Source of the DNA: Nitrospirota bacterium
Lineage (GTDB): Bacteria; Nitrospirota; UBA9217
DNA length: 64,000 nucleotides
Assembly: GCA_963754875.1 (NCBI GenBank)
Contig: CAVWHO010000008.1
Location: 128,001-192,000 of the forward strand
Direction: 5' to 3'
The notes under the pieces are model-generated. The model did no database searches. It saw nothing but the letters and a program-made list of their open reading frames with translations, and was not told the DNA's origin. Positions 43,301-57,816 of this stretch are shown here, in pieces. How positions within the stretch are numbered: the stretch's first letter is position 1; every line of letters starts with the position of its first letter. Both the position numbers and the translations under genes were made by a program.

Positions 43301-43422
43301 ATGAATTTAATTGAGATTGTGGATTTCGATATGCAAAATTTATTTTAATGCGTTGCCTGCTCTTTGTCAATAAACAATCAAACAATCGGACTTCGGCAAT
43401 CGTATTTCCCGGGGAATTCAAT

Positions 43423-43499
43423 TGGCGCGCCTGAAGGGATTCGAACCCCTGACCCACAGCTTAGAAGGCTGTTGCTCTATCCACCTGAGCTACAGGCGC
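43423..43499 (-). tRNA. tRNA-Arg(TCT)
   Basis: ACAGC-CTTCTAA-GCTGT; CCA. Confidence 0.95.
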
Positions 43500-43577
43500 A
43501 TTCAAAATGCGGAATTCGGAATGGCGAATTCGGAATTTGAAAGTCCGTAGCCCATGCCTCTCATTCCGCATTTAAAT

Positions 43578-43654
43578 TGGTCGGGGCGAGAGGATTTGAA
43601 CCTCCGGCTTTCTGCTCCCAAAGCAGACGCGCTACCGGGCTGCGCCACGCCCCG
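43578..43654 (-). tRNA. tRNA-Pro(TGG)
   Basis: CGGGGCG acceptor, TCTGC-TTTGGGA-GCAGA; CCA. Confidence 0.95.
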
Positions 43655-43693
43655 AGGTACTTTGCTGCTGTTTACCCCTGACTTGTAGGCCAT

Positions 43694-43722
43694 ATAATAC
43701 TCACACTCCTGCGCATTGTCAA
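43694..43722 (-). promoter_or_regulatory. sigma70 promoter of the tRNA cluster
   Basis: TTGACA-N17-TATTAT. Confidence 0.75.
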
Positions 43723-43836
43723 GCGCTATGTATCTGCCAAACAAGCAGATTCGGTCCATCCCGGCTTGTCCTTCCCGGTCGTCGGGCAATCGATTTCCCC
43801 TTGAAATGCCCTACATTTTATACTATGATTATCGCC

Positions 43837-44091
43837 ATGGAAGAACGGATAGGTTCGGTCATCAAGTTTTTCGAAAAAACCTCAATCGCGGCGATCAAGC
43901 TTGATTTCGACGATCTCGTCATCGGCGACCTGATCCGCATTAAAGGGTCGACGACCGACTTTACCCAGAGGATCGATCTTATGGAATTCGACCACAAACC
44001 GGCAGACAAGGCAAGCCGCGGCCAGTTCATTGGCATCAAAGTTTCCCATCCGGCAAAACCATTCGACCTCGTGTACAAGGTAACCGCATAA
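43837..44091 (+). CDS. Small translation elongation factor-like beta-barrel protein
   Basis: [30 protein letters not shown]...GQFIGIKV. Confidence 0.65.
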   Translation: MEERIGSVIKFFEKTSIAAIKLDFDDLVIGDLIRIKGSTTDFTQRIDLMEFDHKPADKASRGQFIGIKVSHPAKPFDLVYKVTA

Positions 44092-44101
44092 ACGCCTGAC
44101 G

Positions 44102-45073
44102 ATGCTCACGTATATTATAAAACGCGCGCTTCTGATGATCCCTATCCTTATCGGCATAACGGTGCTGAGCTTCGGCGTCATGCGTCTTGCTCCCGGCGGG
44201 CCGGCCGAGGCGCAGATGGATTTCTCGGCAAAAGCGTCGGCCGAAGCACGGGAGCGGCTCCGAAAGCTTTACGGCGCCGACCAGCCGTTTTATAAACAGT
44301 ATGCCACGTGGCTGGGGAAGTTCGTGACCCTTGATTTCGGCGAGGCCTTTGCCGACGGACGCAAGGTCAAAGACAAAATCCTGGAGTGCCTGCCAATCAC
44401 GCTCACGATCAACCTTCTTTCTCTCGGGCTCGTGCTTCTGATCGCCATACCCATCGGCATCATGTCCGCCACACGACAATACTCGCTCCTCGACCGTTTC
44501 ACGACCATGTTCGTTTTCGTCGGTTTTTCTACACCGTCGTTCTGGCTTGCTCTTCTGCTCATCTATCTCTTCAGCGTACAATGGGGCGTACTTCCGATTT
44601 CAGGCATCCACAGTCTTGATATTTCGGGCTTGACCTTCTGGGGCAAACTCGCAGACGAAGCAAACCACCTGATCCTTCCCGTGTTCGTCTCCGCCTTTGC
44701 AGGGCTCGCAGGGTTTTCACGGTATGTGCGGAACAACATGCTGGAAGTCATGCGCCAGGATTACATCCGGACAGCGCGGGCCAAAGGCCTCTCAGAAAAA
44801 ATCGTCATTTACAAACATGCGCTCCGGAACGCTCTCATGCCGGTAATTACCATCCTCGGCCTTTCCCTGCCGGGCATTATAGGCGGCAGCGTCATCATGG
44901 AAACGGTCTTCGGCATCCCTGGCATGGGACAACTTATGTACCTGGCAGTGCTGTCAAGGGATTATAACCTCGCCATGGGCATTCTCGTGCCCGGTGCGTT
45001 TCTGACAATGCTCGGAAATTTCTTTGCCGATGTCGCTTACGCGCTTACAGACCCGCGGGTAAGGCTGAAATAA
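44102..45073 (+). CDS. Peptide/nickel ABC transporter permease (DppB/OppB-like)
   Basis: [37 protein letters not shown]. Confidence 0.93.
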   Translation: MLTYIIKRALLMIPILIGITVLSFGVMRLAPGGPAEAQMDFSAKASAEARERLRKLYGADQPFYKQYATWLGKFVTLDFGEAFADGRKVKDKILECLPITLTINLLSLGLVLLIAIPIGIMSATRQYSLLDRFTTMFVFVGFSTPSFWLALLLIYLFSVQWGVLPISGIHSLDISGLTFWGKLADEANHLILPVFVSAFAGLAGFSRYVRNNMLEVMRQDYIRTARAKGLSEKIVIYKHALRNALMPVITILGLSLPGIIGGSVIMETVFGIPGMGQLMYLAVLSRDYNLAMGILVPGAFLTMLGNFFADVAYALTDPRVRLK

Positions 45074-45111
45074 ACTGGGTCAGGGCGTTGGTGCAAGGGC
45101 AGGTTATATCA

Positions 45112-45136
45112 TGTAGCCGCAGGCTTCAGCCTGCGT
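45112..45136 (+). repeat. GTAG-type REP-like palindrome
   Basis: TGTAGCCGCAGGCTTCAGCCTGCGT; 24/25 match to the reverse complement of 59478-59502. Confidence 0.75.
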
Positions 45137-45159
45137 CGAGATAATCGACAGGAATGTAT

Positions 45160-46014
45160 ATGGCAAAGAACGCCGAATCCTTCATATCCCGGACTCTTCA
45201 TTATCTGATGAAGAACAAACTTGCGGTCCTCGGTGGGCTACTGGTGCTGCTCGTCTTCCTGCTTTCGATCTTTGCACCCCGGATCGCCCCCTATGACCCG
45301 TCCAAAATCGACATCAAAAACATCCTCGTCGGCCCGAGTTGGTCGCATCTTCTTGGTACCGACGATCTGGGCAGGGACGTCCTTTCAAGAATGCTGTGGG
45401 GTGGACGGATTTCTCTCGAAGTAGGGTTCGTCGCAGTCGGGATCGCGACCATCATCGGCCTTATCCTCGGTTCCCTAGCGGGATTTTACGGGGGCTGGAT
45501 CGACAGCGCCGTCATGCGGGCGGTGGACATTATGCTGAGCATCCCCACAATTTTTCTCGTGCTTGCCGTGATCGCAATACTCGAACCGAGCATCATCAAC
45601 ATCATGATCGTGATCGGCCTCACGAGCTGGATGGAGCCGGCCCGGCTCATCCGGGCGGAATTCATATCGCTCAAGGAACGCGAGTTCGTGATTGCGGCGC
45701 GCGCTATCGGCGCAGCAGACGGCAGGATCATCATGAGGCACGTCCTGCCGAACGGCCTCTCCCCGATCCTCGTCTCCGCCACCATGGGTATCGGCGGCGC
45801 CATCCTCATCGAGTCTGCTTTAAGCTTCCTCGGCCTCGGCGTCCAACCGCCCACGCCCTCCTGGGGCAGCCTCCTGTCATCGGGCAAGGACAATATCGAG
45901 ATCGCCTGGTGGCTCTCGGCCTTCCCGGGCCTCGCAATCCTTATTACCGTCCTCGGCTATAATCTGCTCGGCGAAGGGATCCGAGACGCACTCGATCCAC
46001 GGCAAAGAGAATAG
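45160..46014 (+). CDS. Peptide/nickel ABC transporter permease (DppC/OppC-like)
   Basis: HLLGTDDLGRDVLSR, EFVIAARAIGA, ESALSFLGLG, GEGIRDALDP. Confidence 0.93.
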   Translation: MAKNAESFISRTLHYLMKNKLAVLGGLLVLLVFLLSIFAPRIAPYDPSKIDIKNILVGPSWSHLLGTDDLGRDVLSRMLWGGRISLEVGFVAVGIATIIGLILGSLAGFYGGWIDSAVMRAVDIMLSIPTIFLVLAVIAILEPSIINIMIVIGLTSWMEPARLIRAEFISLKEREFVIAARAIGAADGRIIMRHVLPNGLSPILVSATMGIGGAILIESALSFLGLGVQPPTPSWGSLLSSGKDNIEIAWWLSAFPGLAILITVLGYNLLGEGIRDALDPRQRE

Positions 46015-46077
46015 ATAACGTTGCCCTCTGCATATTGGCAGGGAAATAGCGAACAAAAAGGGTTGAGACAAACAATG

Positions 46078-46110
46078 AGGGGTTACGGTGCTGCCGTAAC
46101 CCCTTCGTTT
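46078..46110. terminator. Bidirectional hairpin between convergent genes
   Basis: AGGGGTTACGG-TGCTG-CCGTAACCCCT. Confidence 0.65.
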
Positions 46111-46140
46111 TGTGCCGGATGCAAGGGATGGATCGGTTTT

Positions 46141-47230
46141 TTATTTCGACGTTGCCTGTTTCCTGGCCTTCTTTTTGTTCGACCGATACCTTCCGATGGC
46201 CTTAGCGTGAGCACCGAAATCTTTTGAGAAAAAGTGGCTGCCGTCGCCCTGGGCTACGAAGAAAAGATAGTCATCATTATCGGGATAGAGCGCGGCAAGG
46301 ATCGAGCCCTCACCGGGATTTGAGATCGGGCCCGGGGGCAGCCCCTTGTGCAGATAGGTATTATAGGGTGATTTCCGCCTGAGGTCCTGTGCCGTGACTT
46401 TCGTTATCCACGCTTTTGTTCCGTAGACCGCGGTCGGGTCCGCCTGGAGTTTCATCCCGAGTTTGAGGCGGTTCTGGTACACCGCTGCAATGAGTTTGCG
46501 TTCTGAAGGCACTTTTGCCTCTTTCTCGACGATGGAAGCCAGCGTGATGATCTGGTGTTCGCTAAAGCCGAGTTCCTCTGCCCGGTTCCGGTAACTGTCG
46601 ACAAATACAGCTTGGTAACGTTGGACCATTTTCCTGGGAATGTCTTCCAGTTTGGTCCCCTTGGGGAAAAAATAGGTGTCCGGGAAGAGATAGCCTTCAA
46701 GCGAATCGGCATCGATTCCGAGCGAATGGACATACTCCTTGTTCTTCACGAGCTTGATAAATTCCTGCGGATCGGAGACAAGCGGCGTACCGGAAAGCGT
46801 CCAGGCGATCTGGTACAGGTTGTATCCTTCGGGGATCACCACTTCGTATTCGATGATCTTGCCCTTGCGCAAGGCATCGAGCACTTCCCACAGGCTCATG
46901 TTCGTAGCTAAACCCGTAATAGCCGACCCGGACTTTGCGGCTGATGCCCTCAATCCTGCCGATGATCTCGAAGTAGCCCCGGTAGCGGATGATCCCTTCT
47001 TTCCGGAGTGTTGACGCGATCGCTTTGAAGCTCATGCCGTCGGTGATCTGGACTTCTTTCCAGACTTTCTCGTTCGTTGGCGGCACAAAGAGCGCAATGT
47101 AAAAATGGACGATGACGGTCAATATTATTGTCGAAGCGAGGAACGCCAGCCAGGGATTTTTCTTGATCCCTTTGCGCGACCGCTCCTGCCGTCGCTGCCG
47201 GCTCTGTTTATTTTCTTCTTGCACAGTCAA
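46141..47230 (-). CDS. mltG: Endolytic transglycosylase MltG (frameshift near 46910)
   Basis: N-terminal TM in 46697..47230; IPEG, LEGYLFPDTY, LASIVEKE, LQADPT, SPYNTY..GLPPGPI in 46141..46953. Confidence 0.92.
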
Positions 47231-47287
47231 TAACCTCGCATCACGTACTCATAAGCCTGGGGAATACATCCACCGGGGATTTCTCGG

Positions 47288-48996
47288 TTATAACTGCCCC
47301 GATCTGAGTATTCCAACGAGTATCCAAAGGCCCAAAAGCGCTGCTACAACATACCCTATCAGGCCGAACATTGGCAAGCCGAAAAGCAGAGGGCCCTGAG
47401 CCGAGTGGATGATGATGGATGAAGCCACAATGATGGCCGCGGTGATGACACTGAACGCCAGCCGGTTGCTCGACTTGTCGATGTCCCTGATCAGATGATG
47501 AAGTTCCTCATGATGGATGTTGATCCGAATCTCTCCGTGAGTGACTTTTCTGAACGCCGCTTTGACCTGTCTCGGCAAGAGCATCAAGTTATCGCCGAAT
47601 TCCTCCAGGTTCTTCTTCATGTTTTGAGCAACCTTGATCGGGTTCCTCCTGCGACGAATGAGGTCCGCAACGTAGGGCGTCGCCGCCTCGAAATAATTGA
47701 ACTCGGGATCAAGCTGTTTCAAGATGCCCTCAAGGGTGATAAGCGACTTGTCCATGAGGTACAGGTTGGACGGCAGCTTCAAACGGTGCCGGAGCAAGAG
47801 GTGGGTGACGCGGTCGATGTAGGCGCCGAAATCTATCTGTTTCACCTGCATGACGTAGTAGGGTTCGAGCAGTTCGACCAGGTCTTGCTTCATCTCCCGC
47901 TGAAACTGTTCTAGTATCGACGGACGTCTCGGACACGAACCCGAGTTCCACGTACTGCCGGACAAGCGCGTCATAATCATGGTCAGCCAGGGCGAGAAAA
48001 ATGGACGCAAAATGTTCCATGTTCTCCTCGGTAACACGTCCCATGATGCCGAAGTCCACGAGCCCGAGCCTGCCGTCGGGGAGCACGAAAATATTTCCCG
48101 GGTGAGGATCGGCGTGGAAGAAACCGTCCTGCAGCACCATCTTGAAATATGCCGCGCCCCCCTTTCGGGCGATTTCCTTTCGGTCATACCCCTCGCGGTC
48201 AAGACGCTCGTACTCGTCGATCCGGATCCCCGCGATTTCCTCAAGGACAAGGACCCTCTTGCTCGACAAATCGGCGTAGACCTGCGGGACATAGAGAACC
48301 GGACTGCTGCTGAAATTCTTGCGGAGCTGGGTGGCGTTCGACGCTTCGATGAAAAAATCGAGTTCCCGTTTGATCGTGCGTGCGAACTCTTCAATAATAC
48401 CCGGCAGATCGTAGGGGGCGATCTCGGGGATCTGCGCTTCGATGAGTTCGGCAAGCCATCGCATGATGCTGATGTCCCGTTCGATGATGCGCACGATATG
48501 GGGCCGCTGGACCTTGACCATGACCGCACTGCCGTCCGGCAGCGTGGCCCGGTGCACCTGGGCGATGGACGCGGCCGCAACAGGAACACGGTCAAAGGAA
48601 GTGAACAGCGAGCTGATCGGCGCCTTGAGGTCCTCTTCAATGATCTTCGTTGCTTCAGCGGAAGGGAACGGTGCGACAGAGTCCGTCAATTTCAGGAATT
48701 CGCGGGAATATTCGATGGGCAGCATGTCCGGCCGGCACGCCAGCACCTGCCCGAATTTGATGAACGTCGGCCCCAGGTCTTCGAACATCAGCCGGAGACG
48801 TTCCGGCATGCTGACACGATGCGCAAGTGGACGGGGGCTTTTTGAACGAAATAATACGTCTGCTCAGCGAGAAGAACCGCTGAAGACCAAGCTGTTCCAC
48901 AAGATGGCCGAACCCGTGGCGGGAAGCCACAGCGATGATCCGGCCGATCCGCGGGATGTCCCGGATATGTCTTCTCCTGAAGCCGAAAAGAGGCAT
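47288..48996 (-). CDS. ubiB: UbiB/AarF (ABC1) atypical kinase (two frameshifts)
   Basis: LGPTFIKFGQ, AAASIAQVH, VKVQRP, FFHADPHPGN, DFG; breaks near 48815 and 47915. Confidence 0.88.
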
Positions 48997-49019
48997 TGGT
49001 GCCGCTCTGGGACGGGAAT

Positions 49020-49340
49020 TTAGTCCCCGCCCTTTCCGTCGCCACCCTCAAGTTTCGAGAGCCGCGCGGACAGACCCTGGATTTTTTTCTCCAGGCTCGC
49101 CATGTCGTCGCGGGTCGGGATATTGAACTTTTCAAAGGCGGCAGAAATCGCGTCCTTGACCTTGTGATCCATGTCTTTGGTGCTCTCCTCGGCCTTGGAG
49201 ACCCATTCCTTGACAAGCGTAGCGCCCTCGTTCTTGGAAAGCTCCCCTGCCTTCACCAGCTCGTCGACAAACTCCTTGGCTTTCTCTTGTGCGCCCAATC
49301 CTGCCAGCATAGCCTTCTTGATGACTTCTGCAACCGTCAT
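49020..49340 (-). CDS. Phasin-like / PHA synthesis regulator family protein
   Basis: KKAMLAGLGA..KAKEFVDELVKAGEL...NIPTRDDMASLEKKI; upstream of ubiB. Confidence 0.75.
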   Translation of the reverse strand: MTVAEVIKKAMLAGLGAQEKAKEFVDELVKAGELSKNEGATLVKEWVSKAEESTKDMDHKVKDAISAAFEKFNIPTRDDMASLEKKIQGLSARLSKLEGGDGKGGD

Positions 49341-49358
49341 GGTAGCCTCCTTTAGGAA

Positions 49359-52021
<2,663 letters not shown>

Positions 52022-52264
52022 AGCAAAACTCCTTTAATACAGGGAGTGATTATTTTGCAGATAGGAAGATAACAGAAATAACGGAAGAATTCAATATTGC
52101 TGAAATGCGAACCGGGATTTGCTTCACGCTTATTTCCAATGATTATTGTTTAACGACTACAAATAATTTTTTACGGGATCTGCCGAATCAAAGCCTTATG
52201 CAGCTACTCTTCTGACAGCTCCGTTTCCGAAGTCATGAGGTTTGCGGCACGGGTCTCTCAAGTT

Positions 52265-52715
52265 TCACTCAGAATCCCCAATGGCTTCAACATCAGCCAG
52301 ATCCTTCTTCCGCCCCAATGCCTTTTTGTTGCGAAGGAACTCCCTCTTCCCGATAAAATAAACCGGGGTGTCGCCAAAATTTCCCTGTAACGCGCCCTGC
52401 TGCTGCTGCTTCCCAGGAGACCCCGGTAAGCGAAGTTATGATATCAACCCTCACTGGAGGAACGCCAAGCTGCACAACCTTGTCCAAAGCAGTGAAATCC
52501 GTAACGACAAGCCCAAGCGATCCGAAGCCGAACGAATCAAGCGCCCGAAGAATGCGTTGTCCATTTTCCGCGTCCGGCCGAATCAAGATGTCCAAATCTC
52601 CGGTATATCTCGGCGAACCGTGATAAGCTAGTGCAAAAGCACCCACGATCATATAATCTACGTTATGAGCGTTGAATAATGCGAGCAGTTCTTTGTAGTC
52701 GTTCTGAGTTTCCAT
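52265..52715 (-). CDS. Nucleotidyltransferase-fold protein (DUF6036-like; frameshift near 52378)
   Basis: YMIVGAFALAYHGSPRYTGDLDIL; C-terminus NKKALGRKKDLADV in the next frame. Confidence 0.75.
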
Positions 52716-52855
52716 GACGCTCTCTCCGCAGCCAGTTCGACCGCTTCAATACGCTCTTCAGAAGATTTTGACAACCAGTAGGCGAGATTCTCCTTTAGCT
52801 CCGAAATACCATGCAGGTTTGCTTTCCTTACGATTTTAGTAATCATATTCACCAT
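52663..52855 (-). CDS. Small partner protein overlapping the nucleotidyltransferase start (frameshift near 52732)
   Basis: LAYWLSKSSEERIEAVEL then LRRERHGNSERLQRTARIIQRS in shifted frame. Confidence 0.55.
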
Positions 52856-52869
52856 CGATCTAAGGAACG

Positions 52870-53390
52870 CTATTCTATCGTCTTTATGATGTTACGGATG
52901 ATCTCGTAGGAAAACCCTTTTCTCTCCAGGAAACCGGCAAGCCGCCGGTACTTTGTCTCCCGGTCAGCTGATTTCAGTCGAAGAGAGTTTTTTCTCCGCC
53001 GCCTTTTTCGCGGTCTCGATTTCCGTATCACCTTCGAAAACCCGGGCGAGCGTGTCGCTTACGATCGGCGTTCTATCCCTTTGTTCCCGAGTTCCCGTTC
53101 AACCCTTCGTTTGCCCAACCCGCGCAGCCTGATCCGGCTGGAAGCAAACTGCTCTGCAAACTGACGATCGTTCACGTATCCCAACCGCGACCAGATCGTC
53201 CAGGACTGCATCAATGACAACCTGCGTCAAATGCTTTGTCCTGAAGTTTTTGCCTCAGTTCAGCGCGGCTTCTCGGTCGGTACGTGAGAAGGCGATAAGC
53301 CGCATTCCTGGCCCGGACAACTATCTTGTCGTCCTTGTCCTGCCACTGTCCCGCGGCCTTTGTCCCCTCTTCTAATTCCGCATTCCCCAT
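52870..53390 (-). CDS. recX: Recombination regulator RecX (frameshifted; start uncertain)
   Basis: AAYRLLTYRPRSRAELRQKL; GYVNDRQFA; LAGFLERKGFSYEII; downstream of recA-pilT. Confidence 0.85.
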
Positions 53391-53525
53391 ACCGCAATCG
53401 TCATCCCGGGCACTGCCTTCATTTTTCAATGCAAATTCCGTTGCACACTCGCTTTCGAGCTTGCACCCAGTGCTATGAGTGCTCGCCACGAATACAGGGA
53501 GTGCAGGGTGAAAATCCTGCATGGA

Positions 53526-54698
53526 TCACTTTTCCCCGAACCGGTCTATCTTGAATTCCGTACCGCCGCCCGGCTTCTTTGGGACGGTTTTCCGCTTCTC
53601 ATCCTCTTCCTCGGCCATATCACTCGTGGACTGGATCCCCTTGACTTTGAGGGCGAAGTCGTCAGGATTACTTGCCGTCAGCAGCGCCTCATCATAGGTG
53701 ATATATCCCTTTTTGTAGAGCATGAGGAGCGACTGGTCAAAGGTCTGCATGCCGTAGTGCGTGAGTCCTTGCGCGATGATCGACGGGATCTGGCGCGTCT
53801 TGGCATCATCGATGATGGCCTCGCGGACCGACAGGGTGCCGAGCAGGACTTCCGCGGCCGGTACGCGGCCGCTTCCGTCTGCCTTGGCAACAAGCCGCTG
53901 GGAAACTATGCCCTTGATCACCGAAGCAAGCTGCATCCGCACTTGCTTTTGCTGGTACGGCGGAAACACGGTAATGATCCGGTTGATCGTTTCAGATGCG
54001 TCCAGGGTATGGAGCGTGGAGAGCACAAGGTGGCCGGTCTCGGCCGCGGTCAGGGCCGTCGAAATGGTCTCGAAATCGCGCATTTCGCCCACGAGGATCA
54101 CGTCGGGGTCCTGGCGCAGGGAACTCCTGAGCGCGTCGCTGAAGCTGAACGTATCGCTGCCGATCTCGCGCTGGTTCACGATGCTCTTTTTATCTCTATG
54201 GAGGAATTCGATCGGGTCCTCGATCGTGATGATGTTCGCGGTGCGGGCGGTGTTGATGTAATCGATCATTGCCGCAAGGGTCGTTGATTTACCGCTTCCC
54301 GTCGTCCCCGTCACGAGAATGAGACCGCGCTGCTCGTTCGCTATCTTCTGCAGCACCGTCGGCAGCATGAGGTCCTCGAAGGTCAGGATCTTGACCGGGA
54401 CCTGTCGAAACACCATGCCCACGCTCCCGCGCTGCTGGAACACGTTCACGCGGAACCGGCCGAGCCCCGGCACGGCATAGGCCATGTCGAGCTCGTTCTT
54501 TTCCTTGAACTTGGTTTTCTGGGCCGGGTTCATGATGCTGAGCGCGATATTGAGCGCATCTTCCTGCGTCGTCCGTTTTTCGGTTTCGATCGGCACGAGC
54601 CTCCCGTCGATCCGAAGAATGGGGGGAACGCCGACTTTCAGATGCAGGTCTGACGCCCGTTTTTCAAACGTCATCTTGAGCAGATCATTCAGGTTCAT
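53526..54698 (-). CDS. pilT: Type IV pilus retraction ATPase (PilT/PilU family)
   Basis: ASDLHL, RFRVNVF, GTTGSGKST, EDPIE, LRQDPDVILVGEMRD, AETGHLVLSTLH, GMQTFDQ. Confidence 0.9.
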   Translation of the reverse strand: MNLNDLLKMTFEKRASDLHLKVGVPPILRIDGRLVPIETEKRTTQEDALNIALSIMNPAQKTKFKEKNELDMAYAVPGLGRFRVNVFQQRGSVGMVFRQVPVKILTFEDLMLPTVLQKIANEQRGLILVTGTTGSGKSTTLAAMIDYINTARTANIITIEDPIEFLHRDKKSIVNQREIGSDTFSFSDALRSSLRQDPDVILVGEMRDFETISTALTAAETGHLVLSTLHTLDASETINRIITVFPPYQQKQVRMQLASVIKGIVSQRLVAKADGSGRVPAAEVLLGTLSVREAIIDDAKTRQIPSIIAQGLTHYGMQTFDQSLLMLYKKGYITYDEALLTASNPDDFALKVKGIQSTSDMAEEEDEKRKTVPKKPGGGTEFKIDRFGEK

Positions 54699-54724
54699 TT
54701 ATGCCTCCGCATGTTTTTCGGATT

Positions 54725-55828
54725 TTAGTCCTTTTGCTGGTTTTCGCGCCTTTTTCCACGATGCTCTCTTTTTCCTTTGGCGCGGCTTCTTTTGCCGGCG
54801 TGCTTCGGCACTGCCGCGTCAGGCACACCGGCGCCCGGGAGCCCCGCAGCCTGCCGTACCTTCGTCTCGATCTCCTGGGCCATGTCCGCGTGATCGTGCA
54901 GGAACTGTTTTACATTCTCCCGTCCCTGGCCGATCCTCGTCCCGCTGTACGAGAACCATGCTCCGCTCTTCTCGATGATATTTTTGTCGGCACCGATGTC
55001 GATGATCTCGCCGATCTTGGAGATGCCTTCGTTGAACATGATATCGAATTCAGCGGCCCGGAACGGCGGCGCGATCTTGTTCTTCACGACCTTTACCTTC
55101 ACTCTTCCGCCGGTCACTTCCTCGCCTTCCTTGATTGCCGATATCTTGCGGATGTCGAGCCGGACCGAGGCGTAGAACTTGAGCGCGTTGCCGCCTGTCG
55201 TGGTCTCGGGGTTCCCGAACATCACACCGATCTTCATGCGGATCTGGTTGATGAAGATGAGCGTGGTATTGGACTTGCTGATCGCGCCGGTCAGTTTCCT
55301 GAGCGCCTGGCTCATGAGCCGCGCCTGGAGCCCCATATGCGCATCGCCCATCTCGCCCTCGATCTCGGCGCGGGGCGTGAGCGCTGCAACGGAGTCCACG
55401 ATGATCACGTCGATGGCGCCGCTCCGCACAAGCGTTTCGGTGATTTCGAGCGCCTGCTCGCCGGTGTCGGGCTGGGAGATGAGGAGGTCGTCCGTGCGCA
55501 CGCCGAGCTTGCGCGCATAGGTCACGTCGAGGGCATGCTCGGCATCGATGAAGGCCGCTTGGCCGCCTGCCTTCTGCGCCTCGGCGATCATGTGGAGCGC
55601 CAGCGTGGTCTTGCCCGAAGACTCGGGGCCGTAGATCTCGATGATCCTGCCCCGCGGCACGCCGCCCACGCCGAGGGCGATGTCCAGGCCCAGCGACCCG
55701 GTGGATATCGCGGGAATGCCCGCGGGAACTTCCTCCCTGCCCAACCGCATGATGGAGCCCTTGCCGAACTGTTTTTCGATCTGGCCAACCGCCAGTTCCA
55801 ATGCCTTTAACTTGTCCTTGTCCGCCAT
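54725..55828 (-). CDS. recA: Recombinase RecA
   Basis: [37 protein letters not shown]; extreme C-terminal tail possibly frameshifted. Confidence 0.98.
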   Translation of the reverse strand: MADKDKLKALELAVGQIEKQFGKGSIMRLGREEVPAGIPAISTGSLGLDIALGVGGVPRGRIIEIYGPESSGKTTLALHMIAEAQKAGGQAAFIDAEHALDVTYARKLGVRTDDLLISQPDTGEQALEITETLVRSGAIDVIIVDSVAALTPRAEIEGEMGDAHMGLQARLMSQALRKLTGAISKSNTTLIFINQIRMKIGVMFGNPETTTGGNALKFYASVRLDIRKISAIKEGEEVTGGRVKVKVVKNKIAPPFRAAEFDIMFNEGISKIGEIIDIGADKNIIEKSGAWFSYSGTRIGQGRENVKQFLHDHADMAQEIETKVRQAAGLPGAGVPDAAVPKHAGKRSRAKGKREHRGKRRENQQKD

Positions 55829-55936
55829 TTTCTCTCTCCTTTCGCCGCCGCGCGGCTGTCCAGTATTTAGTTTGATTACTATAACTCAGTTCTGTCTCGA
55901 AAATCGGATGTTCACATTGAACGTTGAACTTTGTAC

Positions 55937-56497
55937 TTATTTAAGCTCCACCTTCCCCATCTCCGTATACACCGCGCCCGATGGTTTGAGCTCGCTCTTC
56001 ATAAGGCTGACTGCTGCCACGTCGAACCCCGACAAACGGATGTCCTTGACTCCCTCAAGCGCTTTGAGCCACTTGTCGCGGGACCGGATGTACTTGATCC
56101 GTCCGAGCGTGAGGTGCGGCGTAAACGCCCGCTCATCACGCTCGAAGCCGATGCCGCTGATCGTCTCTTCGATAACTGCCTGAAGGCTGGAGAGTTTTTC
56201 AACATCGCCGGAAAGTCCGACCCATACAACGCGTGCGTTTTTGGGGCTCGGAAACGTCCCGATACCGCCGACTTCAAGCCGGAACGGCCCGGTCCCTTCA
56301 GCAGCGCGTCGCAGTCCGTTCATGATATCCGGGACCTTTAATTCCGACACCTCGCCCAGAAATTTGAGCGTCAGGTGAATTCCTTCAGGCCTGGTCCAGC
56401 TCGCGTCCACCACACCTAAATCCCTGAGATTGCGTTGGGCTTGGGTCAGTCCAGCCTTGATCTCGTCAGAAATCTCTATGGCGATGAATGTCCTCAT
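55937..56497 (-). CDS. thpR: RNA 2',3'-cyclic phosphodiesterase
   Basis: Two HxT motifs (HLTLKFLG, PHLTLGR). Confidence 0.93.
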   Translation of the reverse strand: MRTFIAIEISDEIKAGLTQAQRNLRDLGVVDASWTRPEGIHLTLKFLGEVSELKVPDIMNGLRRAAEGTGPFRLEVGGIGTFPSPKNARVVWVGLSGDVEKLSSLQAVIEETISGIGFERDERAFTPHLTLGRIKYIRSRDKWLKALEGVKDIRLSGFDVAAVSLMKSELKPSGAVYTEMGKVELK

Positions 56498-56583
56498 ATT
56501 TTGGACCAAGGCAACCATGTTGCCGTAACTTGACCGAAGGAACCGTTTCCCGCCTGACGCCGACTCGGTCGGCTCGCTCCATA

Positions 56584-57816
56584 CTACCCGATCAGGTATC
56601 GCCTCACCATGTCGAGCGCCATCTGCGAGGCCCTCATACGTACCTGTTCCCTGTTGCCGATGAGCCGGTACTCCGCTGTTTTGGTCCCCTGCGGAGAAGC
56701 GAGTCCGATATGAACCAGTCCTATTGGTTTTTTATCAGTCCCGCCGCTCGGCCCGGCAATACCTGTAACCGAAAGCCCCAGGTCCGTGTGCGCGGCCTGC
56801 CGGATGCCCTGCGCCATGGCAGCAGCTACTTCGCTGCTGACCGCGCCAAGGCGATCGATCAGGTCAACAGGCACGCCGAGCATCTCATTTTTCGCACGAT
56901 TGCTGTACACGACCGCCCCACGCTCGAAATACTCGGAGCTTCCAGCGATGTTCGTGATCCGTGCGCCGATCAGACCGCCTGTGCAGGATTCGGCCACGGC
57001 AAGCGTGAGCCTGCGCTGTTTCAGGAGCGCGCCGACCACCTCTTCCAGTTCCACACCGTCGACCCCATAGATCGCATCACCGAGTTTTTCCCGGATGACT
57101 GCTTCGGTCCGTTCCACAAGCGTCTGGACCTGTTCTCCGCTCGTTGCGCGGGCAATGATACGGACGTCCACGCCGGTCTCTTTGACCGATAAGCCGACCG
57201 TCGGCTCATTGCGCCGCATGATGTCCTGGATGGATTGGTTCACTGCGGACTCTGATACGCCGCAGGTGCGCAGCACTCTTCGTTTGATGAATGATTTGTT
57301 GCCGAAGCGCTGTTCGAGTGCGGGTTTGAGCACTTCGCTGTACATGGCCCGCATCTCTTTCGGGACACCGGGGAGTACGGCAAGGAACGGGCCCTCTTCG
57401 TCGATATAAAAGCCCGGCGCAATTCCGGCCGGGTTCAAGAGCAGCCGCGTGCCTGCCGGGACCAGCGCTTGCCGCTCGTTCGCGATGATGACGTCCTTGC
57501 CCCTGCCCGCGAGCCTGGCGTGGATCGCCTTGCGGGCATCTTCGTTCAGGATAAGGCGCTTTTTCGTGATCTTGGCAATCACCTTGCGGGTAACATCATC
57601 TTCCGTCGGGCCGAGCCCTCCGGTGATGATCACCGCATCAACCCGTTCCAAAGCCCGCTTGAGAGCCTCTTCCATGTCCTTTTCATCGTCCCCCACCACC
57701 GTCTTAAAGGCGGTTTCAAGGCCCACGAGCATGAGCTCTTCGGAAAGGAAAACCGAGTTTGTCTCAACAGAACCGGTCAGCAGTTCGGTGCCGGTGGCTA
57801 TGATTTCTGCGCGCAT
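56584..57816 (-). CDS. cinA: Competence/damage-inducible protein CinA
   Basis: GGLGPTEDDVT MoCF domain; AESCTGG, VTGIAGP PncC domain. Confidence 0.93.
   Translation of the reverse strand: MRAEIIATGTELLTGSVETNSVFLSEELMLVGLETAFKTVVGDDEKDMEEALKRALERVDAVIITGGLGPTEDDVTRKVIAKITKKRLILNEDARKAIHARLAGRGKDVIIANERQALVPAGTRLLLNPAGIAPGFYIDEEGPFLAVLPGVPKEMRAMYSEVLKPALEQRFGNKSFIKRRVLRTCGVSESAVNQSIQDIMRRNEPTVGLSVKETGVDVRIIARATSGEQVQTLVERTEAVIREKLGDAIYGVDGVELEEVVGALLKQRRLTLAVAESCTGGLIGARITNIAGSSEYFERGAVVYSNRAKNEMLGVPVDLIDRLGAVSSEVAAAMAQGIRQAAHTDLGLSVTGIAGPSGGTDKKPIGLVHIGLASPQGTKTAEYRLIGNREQVRMRASQMALDMVRRYLIG

Noticed and set aside
55860..55935. LexA box upstream of recA
   Set aside because: The GTTCAAC-type repeats have 7-bp periodicity like the other heptamer repeats and fit no LexA spacing I know
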